From positions 276 through 64,275 of the forward strand of contig JAJRVJ010000024.1 of assembly GCA_024277435.1 (NCBI GenBank): a DNA stretch of 64,000 bases, read 5' to 3'. Position 1 is the stretch's first letter, and the number at the start of each line of letters is the position of its first letter. A model generated the notes under the pieces. The model was not told where the DNA came from and searched no databases. It was given only the letters and a program-made list of their open reading frames with translations. The DNA comes from Patescibacteria group bacterium. GTDB lineage: Bacteria > Patescibacteriota > Patescibacteriia > UBA9570. A program made the position numbers and the translations under genes. Of this stretch, positions 58,726 through 64,000 are shown one piece after another.

Positions 58726-59848
58726 TCCAATCCAGCCCACGTTCGATCTATCAACGCTTGATGGACAACAGTATGCGCATATCATCCGTACACCACACGG
58801 ATATATTATTGGTATAGAGCCAGAAGTTACTGTGGGCTCTTGGCAAGCAGCACAAAAATATATTGGAAAACGCTGGTTACTTGGTTATATAGGTTATGAA
58901 CAAGGCTATCGCTTTATGCAGCCGCCACGCGCATCGGTGCTACATTCTACTAAACATGATGCCGTGCGGTTACCAAACGTACATTTTGGAGTATATAAAA
59001 AAGTTATTCAAGCCAAAGCATTACTGCTACCAAAAACAATCGCTGCGCCAAAGCTACAATGGAAATCCTCCATAACACCTACTCAGTACAACGCTGCCTT
59101 CAAGAACATTATGAAGCACATTAAGCTTGGCAACATCTATCAAGCTAATCTCAGCTATCGAATGTCTACTAACTATACTGAAAGACCATTGGATATATTT
59201 ACCTATTTACATGCACAACAGGCCGCTCCCTACTCTGCGTACATCCAAACTCCATCATTCAATATTATGAGCAGTTCCCCGGAATTATTATTTAGCGTGA
59301 AAAATACCACCGTTGAAAGCCATCCTATGAAGGGTACCCTAGCCCGAACAACACCTGTAAACAGGGTGCGAGAAAAAAATCTACTACGAGATAGTGTGAA
59401 AGAAAAATCGGAGTTGGATATGATTATTGATGTACACCGTAATGATTTAGCGCGCATTGCCAAGCCTGGTTCGGTTAAAGTAAAAAACCGCCGCCGGATA
59501 CGTGGCTTGAAATCTGTATGGCAAGCCGATGCAGTTATTCAAGCCAAACTTGTTTCACAGTACTCTGTAAGCAATGTAGTAGAAACAATGGTGCCAGGCG
59601 GGTCCATTACTGGTGCACCAAAATTACGAGCCATGGAGATACTGCACGAACTAGAGCCAGTACGAAGAAATGTATACTGCGGTTCGATTGGATATATTGC
59701 ACCAAATGGTGATGCGCAATTTAACGTGGCTATTCGCACAGCCTATCAAAAAAATAAGCAACTCCACTATCATGTTGGTGGAGGAATTGTATTTGATTCC
59801 AATGTAAAAAATGAATTTGCTGAAACACAGAATAAAGCCTATCTATAA
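58703..59848 (+). CDS. pabB: aminodeoxychorismate synthase component I (chorismate-binding enzyme)
   Basis: The C-terminal chorismate-binding domain ...PGGSITGAPKLRAMEILHELEPVRRNVYCGSIGYI.... Start placed at the internal ATG 58703. No glutamine amidotransferase partner in the window. Confidence 0.75.
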   Translation: MARQSINNPIQPTFDLSTLDGQQYAHIIRTPHGYIIGIEPEVTVGSWQAAQKYIGKRWLLGYIGYEQGYRFMQPPRASVLHSTKHDAVRLPNVHFGVYKKVIQAKALLLPKTIAAPKLQWKSSITPTQYNAAFKNIMKHIKLGNIYQANLSYRMSTNYTERPLDIFTYLHAQQAAPYSAYIQTPSFNIMSSSPELLFSVKNTTVESHPMKGTLARTTPVNRVREKNLLRDSVKEKSELDMIIDVHRNDLARIAKPGSVKVKNRRRIRGLKSVWQADAVIQAKLVSQYSVSNVVETMVPGGSITGAPKLRAMEILHELEPVRRNVYCGSIGYIAPNGDAQFNVAIRTAYQKNKQLHYHVGGGIVFDSNVKNEFAETQNKAYL

Positions 59849-59872
59849 ATAGCCGTATGCTATACTCTCTCT

Positions 59873-60652
59873 ATGACAATATCTATTAATGGAACATTTG
59901 TTGATTCAATACAGCTCACTGGTAATGAGCCAGAATTTGCTGCCGGCTACGGTGTATTTGAAACACTGCGCACGTACGCAGAAAAACCATTCGAACTTCC
60001 AGCTCACCTACGTCGTCTATACAGCTCTGCGGATGATATAAAACTTGCTATTAACTCTTCAAATGAAGATATCACGCAATGGGTAGAACAACATTGTGAA
60101 ACGCAAGTTGATAAAAAAATAAAAATCATTGCTGCTCCTGAAAAAATATATGTACTCTCAGAACCTCTTGCTATTGATGAAGCTGTGTATACAAACGGAG
60201 TTGGCGTACGGCTCTATCATTTAGAACGGCGGTCACCATCGATAAAAAGTTTATCATATCGGGAAGAATACTTAGCAAATCACATTGCTAAAACCGAAGG
60301 TTATCACGATGCCTTATTAATTGATGAAAAAAAAGAAGTGCGTGAAGGAGCGCACTCCAATTTCTTTTTTGTGAGGGATAATGTGATTCATACCAGCAAA
60401 CATAGAATCCTCCAGGGTATCACCCGGCGTGTTACGTTGGCCATTGCCGAACCCCACTATCAACTAGAACTCAACCGGATGTTTTTAGACACCGTAATGT
60501 TAGCCGATGAATGCTTTCTTACGCAATCTACCTACGGCGTTGTACCAGTAACCCGCATAGATAATCATACAATTGGCAATGGTGCGCCAGGAAGCATTAC
60601 ACAAAACGTGATGGACTTATTTAACGACTATGTCGCACAAAGCAATAATTAA
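59873..60652 (+). CDS. pabC: aminodeoxychorismate lyase / class IV aminotransferase-fold protein
   Basis: Fold-type IV PLP enzyme (...GYGVFETLRTY...). Called PabC because it lies between pabB and folP. Confidence 0.7.
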   Translation: MTISINGTFVDSIQLTGNEPEFAAGYGVFETLRTYAEKPFELPAHLRRLYSSADDIKLAINSSNEDITQWVEQHCETQVDKKIKIIAAPEKIYVLSEPLAIDEAVYTNGVGVRLYHLERRSPSIKSLSYREEYLANHIAKTEGYHDALLIDEKKEVREGAHSNFFFVRDNVIHTSKHRILQGITRRVTLAIAEPHYQLELNRMFLDTVMLADECFLTQSTYGVVPVTRIDNHTIGNGAPGSITQNVMDLFNDYVAQSNN

Positions 60653-61481
60653 CACCATCAAGCGCAATTCCCCTGTTCTTATGGGTGTGTTGAATGTTAC
60701 ACCCGATTCATTTTCGGATGGTGGAAAATATACTTCTACCAAAGCGGCTGTGCAGCAAGCTATATCCATGACAGAATCTGGCGCATACATTATTGATATT
60801 GGTGGTGAATCTTCCCGGCCTGGTGCTAAGCCGGTTTCGGAAGAAGAGGAAATGAAACGAGCACTTCCGGTGATTAAAGCGTTGATTAATCGTAGAGACG
60901 CGATTAATCGCGTCTCTACGTCGAAACAATGGTATATTTCTATAGATACATACAAGCCAGCCGTGGCTGAAGCTGCTCTGCTGGCTGGTGCGAATATCGT
61001 AAACGATATTACTGGTTTACAGAATGCACAAATGCGTAGCGTAGTTGCTAAATACAATTGCCCGGTTGTGTTAATGCATATGTTAGGTACACCACAAACT
61101 ATGCAAAAACAACCAAGGTACACTAACGTTGTTCAAGATATAACCAACTTCTTTAAACAACAAATACTATTAGCAAAGCAAGCTGGCATCAAGCGCGAAC
61201 AAATTATTCTTGATCCAGGAATTGGCTTTGGAAAAACCCTGAATCATAATTTAAAAATTCTACGTAACATCTCTCAATTCGAGAAACTCAAACTTCCGAT
61301 ATTAATTGGTGCCTCGCGTAAATCGATGATTGAAAAAATCACTGGTGCAAAAACTGAAGATCGCCTACCTGGAACACTGGCGCTTCATTTATGGGCTACC
61401 CAACAAGGCGCTGATATATTACGTGTACATGATGTAGCCGAACATACCCAGGCGCTAAAGATTCAGGAAAAATTACATTAA
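60630..61481 (+). CDS. folP: dihydropteroate synthase
   Basis: VLMGVLNVTPDSFSDGG...IIDIGGESSRPGA...DTYK... are the canonical DHPS motifs. Confidence 0.9.
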   Translation: MSHKAIINTIKRNSPVLMGVLNVTPDSFSDGGKYTSTKAAVQQAISMTESGAYIIDIGGESSRPGAKPVSEEEEMKRALPVIKALINRRDAINRVSTSKQWYISIDTYKPAVAEAALLAGANIVNDITGLQNAQMRSVVAKYNCPVVLMHMLGTPQTMQKQPRYTNVVQDITNFFKQQILLAKQAGIKREQIILDPGIGFGKTLNHNLKILRNISQFEKLKLPILIGASRKSMIEKITGAKTEDRLPGTLALHLWATQQGADILRVHDVAEHTQALKIQEKLH

Positions 61482-61550
61482 GTTCTTCGACCTCCTCCCT
61501 CAAGCCTTCTCCTGTAAGGAGAGGAAGGAGCGTAGCGGAGGGAGAGGTTA

Positions 61551-62405
61551 CTACTTATCAACCGTAGACCTTTTCATAATCCACATAAATACCTGATGTG
61601 GCAATACTTTGGATAATAGTATTGTCATCATTGCATCAGTACCAGCAGCATAGCGCATTTTTGAACTTGAACTTATAGCAGCATTATAAATAGCCTTCGC
61701 TACTACGTTGGACTGGCTACCATTCTTGCCTGCTACTACGTATTGCTTCCACATTTTTTCTAATATACTTTTATACACGCTCATAAACTTCTCACGTGTA
61801 CCGGTTTTCATAGAACGGCCGTAAAAATCTGTATCAATTGCTCCAGGCTCAACCACTTTTACTTTTATGTTGAATGGTTGCAGTTCATAAAATAATCCTT
61901 CCGAAAAACCTTCCACCGCAAACTTAGTGCTGTTATACACGCTATAATATGGAACAGTAAATTTTCCTCCCATAGAAGAAATATTTACAATCGTTCCCCC
62001 ACCCTGTTCGCGCATAAGTGGTGCTACTTCTCGGCAGGTGTGCATTACACCAAATACGTTTACATCATATTGTTGACGTACTTCTTCTGGTGTGAAAATT
62101 TCAAATGCGCCATACAAGCCGTAGCCTGCATTATTAATAAGTACATCAATGCGGCCAAATCTTTCCTGCACGTCTTTTACGGCGGCGGCGATAGTTTCGG
62201 GTTTAGTAACATCTAAACTTACAAGATAGAATTTATCAGCATCGAATTGATCGCGATATTTATCTGGATTGCGCATAGTGGCTACTACTTGCCAACCTCT
62301 AGACGTAAATAACTCTGCGGTAACTTTACCAATACCAGTTCCTGCGCCAGTGATTAACACAACTTTTTTCTTCTCTGTACTTTCTACGGTAGTCTCATTC
62401 TCCAT
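61551..62405 (-). CDS. short-chain dehydrogenase/reductase (SDR) family oxidoreductase
   Basis: VVLITGAGTGIGK (TGxxxGxG), NNAG, and the catalytic S...YxxxK (SSMGG...YNSTKFAV). Confidence 0.85.
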   Translation of the reverse strand: MENETTVESTEKKKVVLITGAGTGIGKVTAELFTSRGWQVVATMRNPDKYRDQFDADKFYLVSLDVTKPETIAAAVKDVQERFGRIDVLINNAGYGLYGAFEIFTPEEVRQQYDVNVFGVMHTCREVAPLMREQGGGTIVNISSMGGKFTVPYYSVYNSTKFAVEGFSEGLFYELQPFNIKVKVVEPGAIDTDFYGRSMKTGTREKFMSVYKSILEKMWKQYVVAGKNGSQSNVVAKAIYNAAISSSSKMRYAAGTDAMMTILLSKVLPHQVFMWIMKRSTVDK

Positions 62406-62472
62406 AGGTATTTTTATATATATTTGATGAATATTAATTACCTAAATACTATATCACAAAATATATTTTACC

Positions 62473-62501
62473 TTGACTAGTTATCAATAATTCCTTAATG
62501 T
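62473..62501 (+). promoter_or_regulatory. candidate sigma70 promoter reading into GC-rich cassette 1
   Basis: TTGACT (62473-62478), a 17-nt spacer, then TAATGT (62496-62501). The module cttgacta...aatgtt recurs at 62905-62936. Confidence 0.4.
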
Positions 62502-62741
62502 TTCATCACACTATTCTAGTGCAGAACCACAGCTAGAGGTGGACATGAACTCTAAAGTCAACACTTCCTCCAACCGGCGCGGCTCCAAGGGCTGGCGCCG
62601 GCGAGCAAGAGCTGTGCAAGTGCACTGAGTGCGGCAAGCACTTCAAGCCCTACGTCGGCTCCAGCAGACAGGGAGGCTGGGGACTCTAGGAGCCTGGAAG
62701 TTCTGCACTAAAACAAGCTCACGTACAAACCATCGCACGTG

Positions 62742-62824
62742 AGCAGGAGGAACAACGACCCCAACGACATCAGCCCATTCAAGCTGATGTCGTTGGGGTC
62801 GTGTTTCATTTACACGATTTTTTA
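62742..62824. repeat. 83-bp direct repeat copy 1 (AGGAGG + perfect 18-bp hairpin + T-run)
   Basis: agcaggaggaacaacGACCCCAACGACATCAGCccattcaaGCTGATGTCGTTGGGGTCgtgtttcatttacacgatttttta. Identical to 63372-63454 except for 3 nt inside the 3' stem arm. Confidence 0.85.
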
Positions 62825-62906
62825 TGCCTTTATCTAAGAATAAATCAATGATCTATCCTTACAATATATAATTACCGAATAATAAATAATACAACAACTA
62901 TATTTC

Positions 62907-62934
62907 TTGACTAAGTACAATATTGCATTACAAT
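62907..62934 (+). promoter_or_regulatory. candidate sigma70 promoter reading into GC-rich cassette 2
   Basis: TTGACT (62907-62912), a 16-nt spacer, then TACAAT (62929-62934). A similar module lies upstream of cassette 1. Confidence 0.35.
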
Positions 62935-62974
62935 GTTCTCACCCAATCATTGGGAGTAACCCAGGAGACATCGT

Positions 62975-63365
62975 GCAACGACCACCTATCACCCTGTCCA
63001 ACGTTCCGCTGATTACCGGGCACTCCTGCCCCAGCTGCCAGCGGACCACGAACGAGACGCTCAGCCTGTTCGGTACCGCAGACGACAAGCTCGCCGAACT
63101 GTTCACCTGCAACCACTGCGGCGCTCTCTACCGGCATACCATGCCGGCGAACTGGAAACCGCGCGTGGACACGATGCCCACGGCGCCGGACGACCGCACC
63201 TGCGGCCACACCAACTGCGGCGTACGACCACGGTCTCGGTACATCATCGGGCGTCATACCACCATGGGCTTCAAGGCGCTGATGTGCTGCAGTGCGTGCC
63301 AGCGGTACTCGATCCTGCCGCGCAAGCTACCGGACACCATGCCGCTGCTGGAACCTCGGCGCTGA
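62975..63365 (+). CDS. GC-rich small protein with two CxxC pairs (zinc-ribbon-like), hypothetical
   Basis: GGAG then GTG at 62975 (the ORF track gives an ATG at 62907 in AT-rich DNA). CPSC...x24...CNHC, and a second cluster CGHTNC...CCSAC. Visibly GC-rich. Followed 7 bp later by 83-bp repeat copy 2. Confidence 0.4.
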
Positions 63366-63371
63366 TCTCCC

Positions 63372-63454
63372 AGCAGGAGGAACAACGACCCCAACGACAT
63401 CAGCCCATTCAAGCTGATGTCCGCGGGGTCGTGTTTCATTTACACGATTTTTTA
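63372..63454. repeat. 83-bp direct repeat copy 2
   Basis: Same sequence as 62742-62824 with cgtt changed to ccgc in the 3' stem arm, which weakens the hairpin in this copy. Confidence 0.85.
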
Positions 63455-63501
63455 CTTAATACAATCCAAACAATGGTTCAAATTCGGGTTTCAAAAACAA
63501 G

Positions 63502-63529
63502 TTGACAAACTCTACTAGATAAGTAATAT
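63502..63529 (+). promoter_or_regulatory. candidate sigma70 promoter for the response-regulator gene
   Basis: TTGACA (63502-63507), a 16-nt spacer, then TAATAT (63524-63529), about 10 nt before the ATG at 63539. Confidence 0.4.
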
Positions 63530-63538
63530 GGATTCAAT

Positions 63539-63919
63539 ATGAACAATGATAACGAGCCAAAAACCATCGTCCTCATTGAGGATGATCAATTCCTAGCTAA
63601 GGTGTGTAACGACTACCTCCTCGAAACAGGTTATCACGTTGTCATGGCTAATCACGGAGATGATGCTGTAGACATAGTTGAAGAACATCAGCCAGATATG
63701 ATCCTATTAGATTTAATACTGCCCGGAAGAAATGGATTTGAAATACTAGAAGAAATTCGCCTACACGAAGAAATTTACGATACGAATGTAATTATTTTAT
63801 CGAACCTATCTCAGCCGGAAGATATTTCACGCGCTAAAAAACTTGGCGTAATTGAATTTTTTATAAAAGCTAATACACAACTCCGTACGGTTGTGGAGCA
63901 TGTAAATAAGGTACTCTAA
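63539..63919 (+). CDS. stand-alone response-regulator receiver domain protein (CheY-like)
   Basis: IVLIEDDQFL (acidic pocket), the phospho-acceptor Asp in MILLDLILPG, and the conserved T/S and K (KANTQ). No output domain. Confidence 0.85.
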   Translation: MNNDNEPKTIVLIEDDQFLAKVCNDYLLETGYHVVMANHGDDAVDIVEEHQPDMILLDLILPGRNGFEILEEIRLHEEIYDTNVIILSNLSQPEDISRAKKLGVIEFFIKANTQLRTVVEHVNKVL

Positions 63920-64000
63920 GACGATTGTACTTTATAGCGTAGTAAGCGTTTCTTTTTCGATTTATTACCAGCCTTATCTTTTACAATCATGTACAACTTG

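Noticed and set aside
62606-62686. C2H2 zinc-finger-like peptide ...ELCKCTECGKHFKPY... (matches the KCxECGKxF Krueppel half-motif) in a frame of GC-rich cassette 1
   Set aside because: The frame has no start codon and is closed 5' by TGA at 62546. The HxxxH half is missing, and the match is only about 9 residues. It is likely chance or a decayed remnant. It is noted because a eukaryote-like fragment would support the contamination scenario.
62742-63454. Possible CRISPR array (83-bp direct repeats)
   Set aside because: Only two copies, and the repeats are far longer than CRISPR repeats. The 547-bp spacer contains a promoter and an ORF. No cas genes are present.
1-64000. Alternative genetic code (UGA=Gly, code 25) explaining the odd ORF structure
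   Set aside because: TGA is used as the stop in several well-supported ATGA overlaps and RF2 is encoded. The two in-frame interruptions are TAG and TAA, not TGA.

Overview
This 64 kb window is a gene-dense segment of a low-GC bacterial chromosome (about 40% GC judged by eye; nothing was computed). The gene set resembles a reduced-genome, Gram-positive-type or Patescibacteria/CPR-like organism. It includes a split transketolase, an Fsa-type transaldolase, a class II aldolase, QueG, ComEC, a giant LysM protein, four membrane-anchored DsbA-like paralogs and many small hypothetical membrane proteins. TGA is used as a stop codon (several ATGA overlaps) and RF2 is encoded, so the standard bacterial code is assumed. 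I found no rRNA, tRNA or CRISPR array. Recognisable housekeeping content:
- a ZnuBC-type metal ABC importer and truB
- thiamine pyrophosphokinase
- a MacAB/YknXYZ-like HlyD + ABC efflux triad
- a PduO-type corrinoid adenosyltransferase, gnd and a cyclase-family hydrolase
- a BadF-type sugar kinase
- a NOX/ferric-reductase followed by fur
- queG, mutY, a secreted NHL-repeat protein and lgt
- an aminotransferase - glycerate kinase - hydroxypyruvate reductase module
- an IMPase - split tkt - rpe - rpiB pentose-phosphate operon
- a blaI/blaR1-like regulator pair directly upstream of tandem DsbA paralogs, and a DoxX-DsbA pair
- fba, comEC (fragmented), glmS and prfB
- a complete folate-branch cluster (PTPS/queD-like, folK, folE, pabB, pabC, folP)
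- an SDR and a stand-alone response regulator
The most unusual signal is three visibly GC-rich (about 60% or more) insertions: 720-1115, 29.35-32.1 kb and 62.5-63.46 kb. Each has a host-like AT-rich sigma70-type promoter upstream, one or more GC-rich ORFs and a strong 3' hairpin. The last locus is two tandem moron-like cassettes, each ending in a conserved 83-bp element that contains a perfect 18-bp hairpin. Two large genes are interrupted by single in-frame stop codons: a TAG in the giant LysM protein, and a TAA plus a frame change in comEC.
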